The position numbers and the translations under genes were made by a program. The notes beneath the pieces are model-generated. The model was given only the letters and a program-made list of their open reading frames with translations. It ran no database searches and was not told the DNA's origin. Positions 35,901-50,400 of a stretch of DNA of 64,000 bases are shown here, piece after piece; the stretch's first letter is position 1, and every line of letters begins with the position of its first letter. Origin of the DNA: Podarcis vaucheri (lineage: Eukaryota). The stretch lies in the NCBI GenBank assembly GCA_965113315.1, contig OZ220363.1. One strand, given 5' to 3'.

Positions 35901-38379
35901 ATCTGCTCTGATACACACATTGGGGTTTATGGCTTTTCTGGCTGCCATTAGCTTATCTGTTCTGGTATCACATAGTAGGTCATAAATGCCTTTAGACCAG
36001 GCAGCTGAGGAACATCAGAGAGCCCATAATTGGAAACCTGAAGCTCAGAGCAGCTAAAAATGGAGAAGAAAAATCCAACTGCTTTGAATTTTGAGTAGAC
36101 CCAAGATTTCAATGGGTCGTCTCTTAAATATGACTACTGTTGGATATTGCCAAATCATTTTTTTCTTTTTAATATTTAATTTATAGTGTTTCTCTTTTAA
36201 AGCAACTGGATTTTAAAGAAAATATTAACTGAACACACATTTAAATTGTGCACATGCAGGTTTACATGATATATACATATATATACAGTTGTACCTTGGT
36301 TTTCGAACATCCTAGTTCTCGAACGTTTTGGCTCCTGAACACCGCAAACCCAGAAGTGACTGTTCCGGTTTGCAAACTATATTTGGAAGCCGAATGTCCG
36401 GTGCGGATTCCGTGAGTTTTGATTGGCTGCAGGTGCTTCCTGCAGCCAATCAGAAGCCACACTTTGGTTTCTGAATGTTTTGGAAGTTGAACGGACTTCC
36501 GGAATGGATTCTGTTCGGGTTCTAATGTATGACTGTATATATCATGGGTGGGGTGGCGAACTCCCAAGAGACTGCGATCTACTCACAAAGTTAAAAACTG
36601 GCAGTGACCTACCCCCTTTTGGGAGATTCAGGTTAAAGTTGTTGAGCTTTTTTTTAGGGGAGCCACAGTTGTTCAGCTTCTTTGGGGGGAGCCAGTGATC
36701 TACCGGTAGATCACGATCTACCTGTTGGACATGCCTGGTATGGTATATATAGTGGAGAAGGGCAGGTGTTTGGGGAAAAATACTTTGGCAATCCCACCCA
36801 CCATTGAACCCAATGTGTTTTGACCATATGCAATTTTGGCTTTATGCACTATCCCCAGAACTTAACCCCTGTGTAAGTTGAGATGTGCCCGTACGAACAA
36901 GCAAGTGAATGCTTACACATAATCTCTAAAACTTCATCATAGCCATCTATTAAGCCCTCTGATTTGCAGCTTGCTTTTCTATGCAAAAACAAGGTCTATT
37001 AGAAAATTATTCAACATCAGAGATCAAGCAATAAACGTGATACATTGCAGTGTCTTCCTGTTGGTATTGGAGTCCAGTTATCCAATGCATGAGGATCTAG
37101 GTAATGTCATACTGTATAACACCACAAATATCCAGAACCCTTACGGGTTGGATTGTACTGTTTTCTACCCTCCTAACATCATGAGTCCTGTGGCATGTTC
37201 AGTTAAATGTTGATGTTTAGGGCTTTAAGGAAGCAGCATGGATATTATTTCTTTCTAATGCAGGGAGAAACACTGTTTTGTCCATTAAGTACCAGCTCTT
37301 GCTCCTGGAAAGTTCTGGACACCATTATACCTCAACTGTACGCATGTTTATTTGGAAGGAAATCTCACTTGATTCAATGGGACCCGCTTCCAAATAAGCA
37401 TGAGTAGGATTACAGCATTAAAACCCAAACCTATGTACAGTGGTACCTCAGTTTATGAACTTAATCCCTTCCGGAAGTCCGTTCTTAAACCAAAACCATT
37501 CTTAAACCGAGGGGTGCTTTCCCTAATGAGGCCTCTCGCCACCGGTGTTCTTCCACCATTCGGATTCTGTTCTTAGACCGAGGTAAAGGTCTCAAACCAA
37601 GACACTATTTTCGGTTTTGCAGAGTTTTTAAACCAAATCGTTCTTAAACCGGACTGTTCTTAAACCGAGGTACCACTGTATGTCTGTTCAGACGTAAGTG
37701 CCCATTGTGTTTAGTGGAATTTAATCTCAAGTAAATCTACATAGAGATTGCAGCCTTTAGTCTTCAGGTAAGTGATCTGGCATTTGAACAGAGAAGGCCA
37801 AGCAGAAATCTTTTTTTCTCTCTGAACAGATATAATTCTGCAGTGCAAAAGGCATGTTGTCTTCGGGATCAAAGGTTTTGGTCGATCCTAGGTTGTACAA
37901 AGGTTCTGTTTAGTTACTACCTGCTTGTTCAAGAAATGCATACATTTAAAAATGGCAATACTGATTTAAATCAGTACAGCCAAACTGAGGCTCTTATTCT
38001 TGATCAGTTAAATTGGATGCTATAGACTTTGGAATGGGGTCTTATTAGTCTTATTAGATCCATGGGGTGGTTTAGAAACCCGTAAGTGAAAAGGAAAAGA
38101 CGGTGCTTTTTGCTTATATATGTGATGGTGTGACACATATATTGGGGTGTTGCAGTTAATATCCTATGCTTTTGCCAGGTTTGGGTTGTCCTGTGTTAAT
38201 GGACCATACATACCTTATTGCCACTTCCATGTTTAAGAAGGATTATGAGGGTGGTGCTGTGGCTTCTGACTGATAGTAAACAGTAAATTATGCATATCTA
38301 ATACATGGCCAGTTTTATCTTTCTTTCTGATGTGAATTGTATGCTCCTCAGAAACGTAAGAGAGTTAGTCTCTAACTTA

Positions 38380-38420
<41 letters not shown>

Positions 38421-41400
38421 TTATTACATATACTACACCCATCTGGCCAGGCCTCACCAACCACTCCGGGCAGCTTCCAACAGGATATTAAAAACACAAT
38501 AAAATATCAAACATTAAAAACTTCCCTAAACAAGTCTGCCTTCAGATATCTTCTAAAAGTCAGATAGTTGTTTATTTCCTTGACATCTGGTGGAAGGGCT
38601 TTCCACAGGGCGGGTGCCACTACCGAAAAGGCCCTCTACCAGGTTCCCTGTAACTGCACTTCTTGCAGTGAGGGAACCACCAGAAGGTCCTTGGAGCTGG
38701 ACCTCAGTGTCCGGGCGGAACGATGGAGGTGGAGACGCTCCTTCAGGTATACTGGACCGAGGCACCTCTGCAATAGTTTGAGTTAGCTTTCACATTTTTC
38801 TGCAAAGGATTTTGAACTGTAACTTTTTTGAGGGGGCCGAGGCTCGCATTGTTGAGGTTGAACACAGCTGGGCTCAAGTGATGTCAGGATGTTGCATCAG
38901 ACCCCCTCAATGTACTTCGGAAGGTGGTGCCTCTGGACATAATTATAATTTCCAGGAACCCTTGGTTAGGAATTGTGATAGTTAAACCAATTTAAATTTG
39001 TAGTGGAGACATGTCCCTTTCCAGAGTTATTGCTACCCCTCCAGATCCTGGCCTACTTTACATACTATTTCTCTCTGACGTGCCTGGATATATGACATAT
39101 TTACTGATTGGTTGAATGTATCACAACATCAGTTGTGCAGTGCTGTAGGCACAGGTAGTAGGGTGACCTTTGTCTTTTTCCTATGAGTCTCATCTGCCCT
39201 CTGCTATAAGAATGTGCTAATGAGACACAAAGTCCCTTCTGATGAGGTTTTGGTAAAGTACTTGCAATAGTGATGTTCACTTGGACTATTTGTTGTGCTC
39301 TACTTATCTCCTGATCCATATTTTGTGAGGGTGGCAAGGAGGGTGGCTTTAGCGATCCTATAGGAAGGAATGTTTTGTACAAACATCCAAGGAAGACTAA
39401 AATAGCCAGTATCCAGGAGTACTGGCTACTGTCAGGGGAATGCCATGGGATTATTGGTGCTGAGATTCGGGGTCTGCTGCCTCCAGACAAACATACTATG
39501 GATGACTGTCTGCAGCCCCTTCTTATTAATGACTCCATCAGTGTGTTGTCTACTCATCTTTGAATGACATCAAACCTATATTGTTAGTGCAGACCCTTCC
39601 TTTCCTCACACCAAATCTAGCCAACGGTATTAAAATCACCCTGTGCCACTTCTTTGGGAATTTGCCCCTGTGTAGACATCCTGGCTTTTAGCCAGCACAC
39701 ATATACCGCATTTTTTGCACCATAACACTCACTTTTTTCCTCCTAAAAAGTAAGGGGAAATGTCTGTGCGTGTTATGAAGGGAATGCCTACAGGTGGCAT
39801 GCCTACGGATTTTCCGCCTCTAAAAACTACGTGCGTGTTATGGTCGGGTGCGTGTTATAGAGCGAAAAATACGGTATTTTGAGGGAGCCATGCCTTAGGC
39901 AGAGATGGCTGACTTGTTAGCCCCTCTCCTATAGTTTGGTCTGTATTATTCATAAAGTAACTGGACTCTGGAGGATAAGAATAGCTGGCAAGCCAGGCTC
40001 ATATTTCCCCAGTGGACTCAGCCTGCTGGAAGGAAGGAATGCCAAGTTACCCTCTGTCCAAGCTTTAGGAGGAAGCAGTAAACTCGGGGCCTCTGCGATG
40101 AAGCATTCTGGCAGTTTCTCTGTGCCAGCCCCAAGCGGGCTGTGTGTGTGCATTGTTGTTGCCTATGTGCTACTCAGCCTTGCAGTGGAAAGGAGATGGC
40201 TCTGCCTTGTACCAGGTCAATACATAGGGAACTTTGTTCTTGTCTTGGGCTGAGAGTGGGGAGGGATTTGGCGAGCCTTAAGGTAGGCGGAATGTATACT
40301 TAGTCATTTCTGCAAAACTGGGAAAGCTGTAAGCGCAGCCTTGGGCAGAGGGAATGCTGAGAAAATTGGGGACTGAAATGAATGGTGGCCTGGCTGTCTG
40401 GAGGCCTTTTGCATTCCAACTGCCTCATTCACGCTGGGCTCCCATCCATGAGACTTCCTGGCAAGCTCTGGAATTCCCTGTAGGCCTGTGTCTTGAGGAT
40501 ATGTGATACACATATACTGTATACAAATGTGCAAATGAATCGGCTGGGTGGTAATTGACTTAACTTTTACTCTGAGTAGATCCCTTGAAATAACACACTC
40601 AACAGAGCAGTGCGTCTGCTCTGTTGAATAATATCTATAAAAGATAATGATATCTTTAATAATTGTACCTATAATAATATCTATAATAGATATATTACTG
40701 TTTTCCATTGTAGAGTGGCTCAAGTTCAATAGGTTACATGTAGACCCAATATTAAACTTGGTTTTTCTGGATGCTACGGCAAATTCTGTCTATCCCCGTA
40801 ATTCCCTCAGCCCAATATTTCATTTCATTGTTTGGTGTTGAGACAGATCTCTCCCTGTGTTTTGAGGGAGAGGGTAAAAATGCCCAATTTCTGGACATTT
40901 GAAGGAATCGCAGAGAATTTTTCTGTGTTGTGGAATTACCATTACACTTTATCTGAAACACCCATCAGTGAATGAAACCATAATATAAATATTCATATGT
41001 TTGTGTGTGTGCATTGCATTAATGAGCATGTAGACAAGAGTCTTGTAGCTTGGGAAGGACTGTGGTGCACAAACGCACGCACGCATGCATGCACACCCTT
41101 ATCTTGTGAATGTGCTTCTTGAAAATCCAGCATTTTCTCTGAGTTTAGATGCATTGGTCTGCGTCTAGTTCTGGCTTTAACGCCCCCAAACTCCTACAAG
41201 TCTGGCCGAGTCCCAATATTGAATGTAAAATCCCCCACCATCTGGCCTGTCCGCTCTTGCGTGTGTGGCTGGGACGGCCAGCTTGTTGAAATTATCAGGA
41301 CGCTCTGCAAAGTTCAAGAGATTGCCCTATTAATAGAAATGCCTGCCACTAGTGATCACAGTAACAGAGAGGAGACTTTTCCCTTCCCTTCTGCCCCACT

Positions 41401-44400
41401 CAAGGGGGTAATCCCAGCCAGGGAATCTCTTTACATATTTTGTAAAGTGAGGAAACAACTTCTATTTGGGTTGTGCAGTATTGCCAAGCATTTGAGAAAG
41501 TGAGTGGCAAATAACTTGCTCACTAATTTTCAGCACGTCAGTTTAATGATTAGTCAACGCAAGTGACAGGATGCCTACAACTTTGTGCAGACTGTATCTG
41601 ATTGCCATACATTGGACAAATGACAGTTTGGTTATACAGTGGTACCTTGGTTCTCAAACTTAATCCGTTTCGGAAGTCCGTTCCAAAACTAAAGCATTCC
41701 AGAACCAAGGCGCGCTTCCCTTAGAAAGTAATGCAAAATGGATTAATCCATTCCACACTTTGGAAAACAAACCCTAAAACAGCAATTTAACATGAATTTT
41801 CCTATCTAACGAGACCATTGATCCATAAAATGAAAGCAATAAACAATGTGCTGCAGTCACAATCAATCAGTCAGTAGCTGAACTGGGCTCCACACAGTCA
41901 CAAAAACAAACAAAAAAGAGCCGCAGAAGCAAAACCGCAAAATAAATACCAAAAGCAGACAGACCTCAGCGTAACACTCAAATAGAAGTGTGGCACTCAA
42001 AACGGAAGTGTAACACTCAAAACAGAGCACGTTTGACTTCTGAAAAAAGTTCACAAACCAGAACAGTTACTTCTGGGTTTGTAGTGTTTGGGTTCCAAGC
42101 TGTTTGAGTACCAAGGCGTTTGAGAACCAAGGTACCACTGCATCATTTTGGGAAAACGGGGTAGGACTTGGAAACCCAGCTAATACGGTCGAAAGCAGGA
42201 GGCAGCTCTGGACAAATAGCCCTCTGGTAAAACTGTTCCTGGACTTTAGTACCTCAGTCTGCACTTGATTTTCATGTTCCTCCATGGACCATCAATAAGT
42301 CCTACACAAAGAAAACTAATATGGCAGCGGGAAGGCTAATATCTAGATACATAGATCATATGACTGAATCCTTCCCATGTCAATCACCTGTAGTATATAA
42401 TCCAGCCATGTTTGTTTTTATCTAAAAAGCCTCCTAAATGAGTCAAACTAAGGTCTCCATAATCCATTTCCGCCATTAGCCAAGTTGCTAGTTTCTTTTC
42501 CATCCATAAAGTATTATTCACCTGCCTCACCAAAAGGAGTATTTGTCTTTGCTGCCCTTCTGGAAATTGCTGCCTCTCCAGGTTGTCAAGAGAGCTAAAG
42601 CACATCCAAAACGTTTGCAAATCAAAACAGTGCTGCACAAAGGATAACTAGTGGTTGTCTGAAGTTTAGGGTGTGCCTGTACGTTAGAGATATGTTAAAA
42701 GGATCAGAAATGCGAGACAGTAGAATTCTTATTGGTAGTTGCACTAGACAGAAGACGTTCTGCTACTATCGCAGTCCACTTAAGTTTCCAGCCAATCCCC
42801 TTCCTGTTCTCAATCTTTACATTTTGAAAAAAAATCCCACCTGCACATTTCTGCCCCCTCCCCTCTAGCTGACTTCCATTGTTCCAAGAACTAGACATCT
42901 GCCTTTTTTATTATTTGAATCTCATGGCATCAGGTGGCTCCTATTCTGCAATCTGCTGTGGTGGACATTCTCAGACAGCTACCTACATGTGGGAATAGCA
43001 GCAGACAGCTTACATACCAGTCAGGGAAACACAGTGGTGTTTCTTCCTTGTAGCTGTTGACCCATCATTCCCTATTGCCCTGGAAAGGATAGATACCTAG
43101 GACTCTCACTTGCTGCCTGTTCCCTTGTCTCATTATTCTGTGTCTTGAGATTAGACCTCTGAAGCTTGTGCTTCTTCATGCCCTGGTGACCGCCCTCCTA
43201 CTTTGTCCTTCCGGCAGATCGAAGGCAGAGATGCGACACACCTGCCGTGGAACCATCAACCTGGCCACGGCTAACATCACAGTGGAGGACTCCTGCAACT
43301 TCATCATTTCCAACGGAGGGGCACAGACCTACCACCTGAAGGCCAACTCGGAGGTTGAGAGGCAGCGCTGGGTCACAGCTCTAGAGCTGGCCAAGGCCAA
43401 AGCTGTCAAGATGCTGGCAGAATCAGGTAAAGGGTGTGCTCAGGGCAGTGCAAATGAAGCAGGAGGTGGGTGGGGGTGAGCGCTGAGAAACTCAAGAGAG
43501 CTTATTGTGGAGGGAGACACCCAGGAAAATCAAGGAGACAAATGGAGAAATGAGATCTTCTGAGCAGATTTGGTGTTGGCTAATAGCACTGGGGCAAACA
43601 GGAAGTAGCTGAGTCTTCTGTTCTCCTCATCCAACTCTGTTTGTTTGTGATTTTGGGCTACCCTTGGTAGGTGGCCTCACCTGTGAAACGCATATAGGCT
43701 AAAATACCTGCAGAGAACAATTCCTAGTCTATTCTAGGCCATGGGGTTAACATGAGGGCGCATCTCTTCCAGTTTGTCCTGTTCCATCCTATTTAGAGCT
43801 CCAACTCCTTGGGGCAAGGTTTTCTGCCAAACACCAAATGTTTGTTACTCATACAAATTGCTCGGTGTCCTTTGCCTTGTGCGTGTGACATACCAAGGAA
43901 ACAGGCCACTTGGGGCCATTGTGGTTTATAGCACGAGGCCTCTGGAAAATGTGGCTATATTTTTAAGCATCAGGCTTTTCAGAATGGTTAGCTTTCTGTT
44001 TCCCAAACCAAAAGTGCATTTTAGCAGTCAGTACCAAATCTGCTTTGCACATTACCCAATCAGCTGAGCCTCACATTATAATCTGGTGGCTCCTGAGCTA
44101 AAGCATCTGTCAGTAGCTGACAGTAGCTGATGTATCTGATTAGGTAAAATAAGTGTCAAAAGCAAGTGCCCAATGTCCATTTTTGTATTGAATAAATCAT
44201 GCATTGAATTGAAGGAGTTTTGGTCCCTCGACTCCTGGGTCCCCCCATCTGGTGTCTCAAACATGTTTGTCTCTTCTCCGTAGGACATATTTGCTCTGTG
44301 TAGAAGGGGAAAGAATTGGAAAATGTGCCACCAGCTACTGATGGGGGTTTTGTTTTATTTTCATAGAATTCTAAAGAAAAAGAAGAGGTATCTGGCAGCT

Positions 44401-47400
44401 TTACCAGAAAGAATTTCTTCAGTGTTTTCAAAACAAAATGTCCTTTGCCCAGTAACATTAGATTGTGTTGTGACTTAGGCATCAGAGTTTCAAATATTAG
44501 CCCTTCTTAGCTCTGTTGAATTTTCATTATCCTGGTCTCCCATCCCCTTTTAAACCTAAAGCTAAAGAAATAATGGGAGAGAGAGGCATTTATTTGTGTG
44601 CATCGTCATTATCCACAGCACGAGATTCCAAGCTCATGATACTGAAACTCCGACTCCCAAATGTTAATACCTGCTCTCTCTCTCTCTGTTTGCGTGTCTA
44701 TCTAATTTATCTGCTATGTTGACACTCAAAATGTTGCCGTCTAGATACTGTGCTCTCATGTGCTCTTCCTCTCAGCGACTTCATGTCTCATTGTTGAATA
44801 GTATTTCTCTTGATTGCTTGCAGCAGACATTCCCCCATCCGATCGGATAGTTTTTTGTAAGTTCCTTATCATTCTACTTTGGGACTCATTACTTGTTGGT
44901 AGTGACGAAGCACAAGAGTGAGCCAACCATTTGTGTGTGTTTTTTAATCACTAGAATGTAAGGACTGTCTTGCTGAGTTGGACCAAAAGTCCATCTAGTT
45001 CCTCATTTTAAGAGCAGCCTGCCATATGCCTCTGAAAGATCACAAACAGGGCATGAAAAGTGATGGTCTTCCTCCAATGTCCCCCCCCCCAAAAAAAAAG
45101 AAAGAGAGATGGGTCTTCTGTTGTTTATCTCCAACATCTTGCTACTGAGCATGCGAGTTCCATTTAAGTATCATTGCTAATAATACCTAAAAGACACATT
45201 CTAAATTCATTTTGTCCAGTCTTTTTCAAAGAAAAACAAGGGGCCATTTTTATTTAATGGTTGCTTACGGTGTTTGAATTCCATATGTTAACTGCTTCAA
45301 GAGACACAGCTACTTTTCTTTTGTCTGTTTTGAACTTAACACCAATCGGTTTCACAGGGTAACCTTGAGTTCTGGTATTGCAAGAGAAAGACCTATACCC
45401 ACACACTCGCCAGAGCATTCCTAACATTATAAACCCACTGTTGGAGGGAGGAAAGTTACACAAGAGATTGGGCTCCGAACAATGTAAGACTTTCCAGAGA
45501 ATGGCATGATCTAGCAGTGTGGAGAAATGTGTTTAAACATCACAACTCTTATAAATAGACTCATGGCTTGCAACTAGGAGGTGTTGCATACAGTAGGCGT
45601 GGGATACTTGGTTTTGCCAATATATTTCTCACTTCTGCTTTAAGGAGCACAGATAGTGAAATCAGACCTTAAGGCCTGCTTTAAGGAGCACAGATAGTGA
45701 AATCAGACCTTAAGACCTTACTTTTCAGAGGTTCCCAATGATCTTTACCCTTTGAATATTTATACTTTCTTTATTGGTCCCAATTAGCTTTGGGGTTATT
45801 GTTTTTTATCACTGCAAGTTAGATTTCTGCTTTGATTCCACTGCTTTGTCTATATACTCAGAAAAGGATTTAAAAAAAACAAAACACCACCAACCCTGAA
45901 ATCAATAATATCTGTAGTACCACAATTTACACCTTAGTTCCTTGCTAAAATGGAGGGGTGGGATTAGAAATCCTGTCCTTTGCTTCAACAAACCACTGAA
46001 CTGGCAAGAGAGATTTCCCTGTTAGCTCCCTGTAGCCCCAACATTGGCCAGTATCTTCACTGGACTATGGGAAGGAATCACATAATAATGGCGGGTGGGG
46101 GTGGGGAGAGGAAACAGGCTCCCTTTAGTCCCCTGAAGATAGGCGCCAGTGCTGAGAATAAAGGAGGACCTGGAAATGCATCTGCTTCTGGGGTGAGCCT
46201 TGCCTTGAAGGTGTTAACAGCTGCAGCCTTTTCCCCACAGACGAGTCGGGTGATGAAGAATCAGTGTCTCAGACAGACAAGACGGAACTGCAGAACACCC
46301 TGCGCACCCTCTCCAGCAAGGTGGAGGATCTCAGCACCTGCAACGACCTGATTGCCAAGCACGGGACGGCCTTGCAGCGCTCGCTCAGCGAACTGGAGAC
46401 CCTCAAGCTGCCTGCCGAGAGCAACGAGAAGATCAAGCAGGTCAACGAGCGCGCCACCCTCTTCCGCATCACGTCCAATGCCATGATCAATGTAAGTGTG
46501 CTGCTGCCAGACGCTCTGGCTCTGAGCCGGCTGGCGGGAAGGGGGCCGCTGGGTGTTTCCCAGATCATTGGCTCTGCAGGCTTTAATTGTAGAACTTTCA
46601 GAGCCACTGCAGCATTTCCCTCTTTTGAGAAGAGAGAGGTGATCTGGTGGGTTTTGGATTTATAAGCCGTCTGTGACATCACCCATTTTGGCAAAATATA
46701 TAAGCTTCTGCTCGTCCTGAATCCCCTGTAGTTAGTTGGCTGTGCTTTCTTAGCCCAGTGTGGCCACACTGTGGCCAGTCGAAAGAATTGCATTGAAGGC
46801 ATGACTCAGTATAAGAAAAGGACGTGATGGGAATTGTAATCCATAAACAGTACATCAAATCAGATTTTTACAATCGGGGAGCAAACCAGAAAGGAGAAGT
46901 GTAAAGAGAAAGCCTTCAGAAGAATTAAGGGCTGAGGACCGTAGGATGCTGAGATTTTGCGGACTTGATCACCAGACCCATGGCATCACAGGTGTAGCTT
47001 TGTTTCCCATCTACTGGGGGTTGCCATCAGGCCAGCCTTTGAGGACTTTGCAAGGGGGTTACTATTATTATAAATATTATAAATATTATTTATTAGTTGC
47101 TTTTTTGCCACAGCAACTCAATGTGACTTAAAGTATTTTGAGCAAACACATACATGCATTAAACCAGCATTTTAAAAAAGTCTTTTTAATATTCTATTCT
47201 TAAAAAAACTAAATTAAAATATCTCACCTATGCAAAAAAAGCCATAGGTCTGACAAAAAAGGAATGTTTTTGCCTACTGCCTAAAGATACACAATGAAGG
47301 GGAGAGCATTCCACAAGCAAGGAGCCACCACTGAAAAGGCCCATTTTTGTGTTGCTGCCCTCCGGACCTCCTGCAGGTTGGGCACATAAAGAACCTCCTC

Positions 47401-50400
47401 AGATGACAATTGCAGGGTTTGGGTTCATTCATATAAGGAGAGGCAGTCCTGGAGGCACTGGGGTCCTGAGCTACATAAGGCTTTATAAGTCAAAACCAGC
47501 ACTTTGAATTGGGGTCGGAAACTAAATTGGTAGCCAGTGCAGTCAAGCCAGGATTGGTGTGATGTGCTCAGACCATCTTGCCCAGTGAGCAACTGGGCCA
47601 TTGAATTCTGCTCCATCTGCATTTCCCAAACCATCTTCAAAGACAGCCCCATGTGTAGTGCATTGCAGTAATTTAGGCTGTTCCTTATGGAGAAGTTAGG
47701 CTGTTCCTTATGGAGGCATAGCTGGGCCACCAGCTGAAGCTGATGGAAGGCACTCCATGCCACCGAGGCCACCTGAGCCTCAAGTGGCAGCAATCTATCC
47801 AGAAGTGTCTCTAAGAGGGCAAGAGATCCCTGAGCAGTCAGAATCCCAGAAAGGCTCTGAGCTACAATTCTGTGGGGGAGAGCTCAACTGGGCACAGTGG
47901 AACAAACAGCTACATGCAGTTGCACTTTGTGTAGTATTGTTCTTGGTCCTTAAACTTGCTCCTCTCTCCAGTTTCCAGTAGTTACCAGCTGACTTGAGCA
48001 AAGTACCATCTAATGTCTCACAGTATTGGTAAATTCCGGTCTACTGTTGCTCCTCAAACTCTGTACTCTGGGATGACTTTAATGCAGTAGAGACTATTGC
48101 AGACGGGTTTATCTTTGGACTCAACTCTGGTCGCTGCCAGTATTGCATGTCTTCCTTCTGCATCCCATGTTCCTGGGATTTACATAAGTGTGCACCTTCC
48201 TTGCCTAAATCAGGTGACACCATCCCACCTTTGCAGGTCAACCACTGTATGGTTCAAGCTTTGACCAGGGCATGGTACAACCCTGGGGCAAACAGTAAAC
48301 TGTAAAGCAAAAAATTTATGCAAACACTCCAGAAATATGGAGAAGACCTTTAAATTGTCCCAAAGTTCTGTAAGTCATTCCTAGAAAAGCTATAGCTTGT
48401 TCTGCTCAGGCAAGTAGATGCTATCATTGGTGTTTTTGAAGCAACTGGCGAACTGTAACAATGAAGCTGACCACTAGGTGAAGCCCTCCCTTAAAGTGGG
48501 AATATGACAGCCTTAGACATATGTCAACAAGAATTACCAACTAGCAAAATTGTTTACTAGCCAGCTAAGAAGCTAGTGGGCTATGCTTCCTTGCTGGGTA
48601 TATACCAGGATCAGAACAATCCATCCCTTCTCCACCAGCCCACTCACTGGTTTGCATGGAATTCTGTGCACTTCCTTGCCAATGTGGAATTCCTGGTTGC
48701 CTATGGCTACCAGAAGTTGTTAAATACAAACCTGGAATACACTTCTTTGAAGATGGAATGACATCACAATAGCTTTTAAACAGAAAGTTTTTAACTAAGC
48801 ATGGACAGTTTTATACCACAAAAGCCTACCACTGTGGATTACTCAAGAATTTGAATAGGAACTACATTCTATAAATTCTGTTGTTAACCACCTTTGCCCC
48901 TCAGATATATAGCAAACCTCTAGGTGGGTTCAAAAGGAAGTCAAAAAGAAGGCAAGACCTGTTTTGGTATATATTTAGGAGCAAAGGATTACTTGGTCTG
49001 AAAATCTTACCTTTCTTTGACCAACATTAATACCATATTTACACGCATCTAATGTGCAATTGAACCTAATGCGCACCTCAGTTTTCAAAACCTTGAAGCG
49101 AGAAAAGTATTTGCTGGCGAATATAAATGCACCTTCAAATCTAAAGCGCACCCTAATTTTCACTATGTAATATGGCCAAAAAAGATGTTCGTTACATTCA
49201 AGTAAATACAGTATTCCATACATGTCTGTTCATTTTGCTGCCTTAAGCAAGGATGCAAGATTTGTATTGATGCATTTCCATTGCCAGATATGCAGAGCAT
49301 CTTATCAGACAGGCAAATTTCTTAGCATTCTTTTATTTTGCCTTTTTAAGTGTGTGCTTTTCCACAAAACCTTCTGGACAGATACTAAATTACAGCATTT
49401 TATCCCAAATGCTCAAACTAAAACAGTCCGCTTAAAGTCTCCAAGTTTAGAACAGAGCCTGGGAAGGTTTTCCCATTTTTGACCCTTCCTTGCCCCCTAT
49501 ACAGATCACAGTCTCAGCTTTCCTGCCCCTGAGTACTGGTTGTTGAAGTTCCCCTCCTTCCTTCCTTTTTATTGTGTAACTACTGCTCCATTTTGCACTT
49601 AGGACAAATTAATCAACTAGGGGTAACATTTAAACAGCTTCTGTTTAATTCATGAAGGTCCAGGAGTCACATTTTCAGTATTTTGGGATTTGCCCAGATT
49701 GATTTGCTGGAGGCGTGTTTGCAGCCTTTTGCATGGAATATTTGGTTGGGCTTCTAGCAGACGAGTGTCCCTGCCCATGTCTCTCTGAGCATCTCTGTTC
49801 AGTGAGTGTCCATGGTGAAGTTGCTAGGAGACTGGTGAATGCTTATTGGGTCTCCGAGTGGGAGGGGCAGTTAAGAGCAAAGTGTCCTGAAAGGGCACCT
49901 GTCCCCAGCAGTTCCTGTTAACCCACAAGAGGACCCACTCACCACTTTAAGAGCAGGGGCAGCAAGAAGCGCTGCAGTGCAGCTTGATCTGGGCCAGAAT
50001 CGGGGCCAGCCCTACCATGCTACAGAGCAAAGTGATCACCCGGTGGCACCATGGGGGGAACTATATGAAGGCAGGAGTTGGCGTTTGACTAGCACAGCAA
50101 GACAAGAAGTGTTGGCCTCACAGCTGGAGTGACATTTGGGCCAGCCGAGCGTCTGGGGCCCATACAGGCCAGAGTGGTGAGTGCCGCCTCCCCACGCCTT
50201 TGGTGCTCCCCACAGGCTTGCCGAGACTTCCTGATGTTGGCCCAGACGCACAGCAAGAAATGGCAGAAGTCCCTTCAGTATGAGCGAGACCAGCGCATCC
50301 GCTTAGAGGAGACCCTGGAGCAGTTGGCGAAGCAGCACAACCACCTGGAAAGGGCCTTCCGTGGAGCGACAGTTCTACCAGCCAATGCCCCCGGCAGCAT

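Noticed and set aside
39375-39563. Protein-like 62-aa ORF in OSBP intron 1 as a possible alternative exon or pseudogene
   Set aside because: No recognisable homology and no convincing splice sites. A BLASTX search would be needed.
46269-46802. 177-aa antisense ORF (and similar ones opposite other exons)
   Set aside because: Shadow ORFs of real coding exons with GC-biased third positions.
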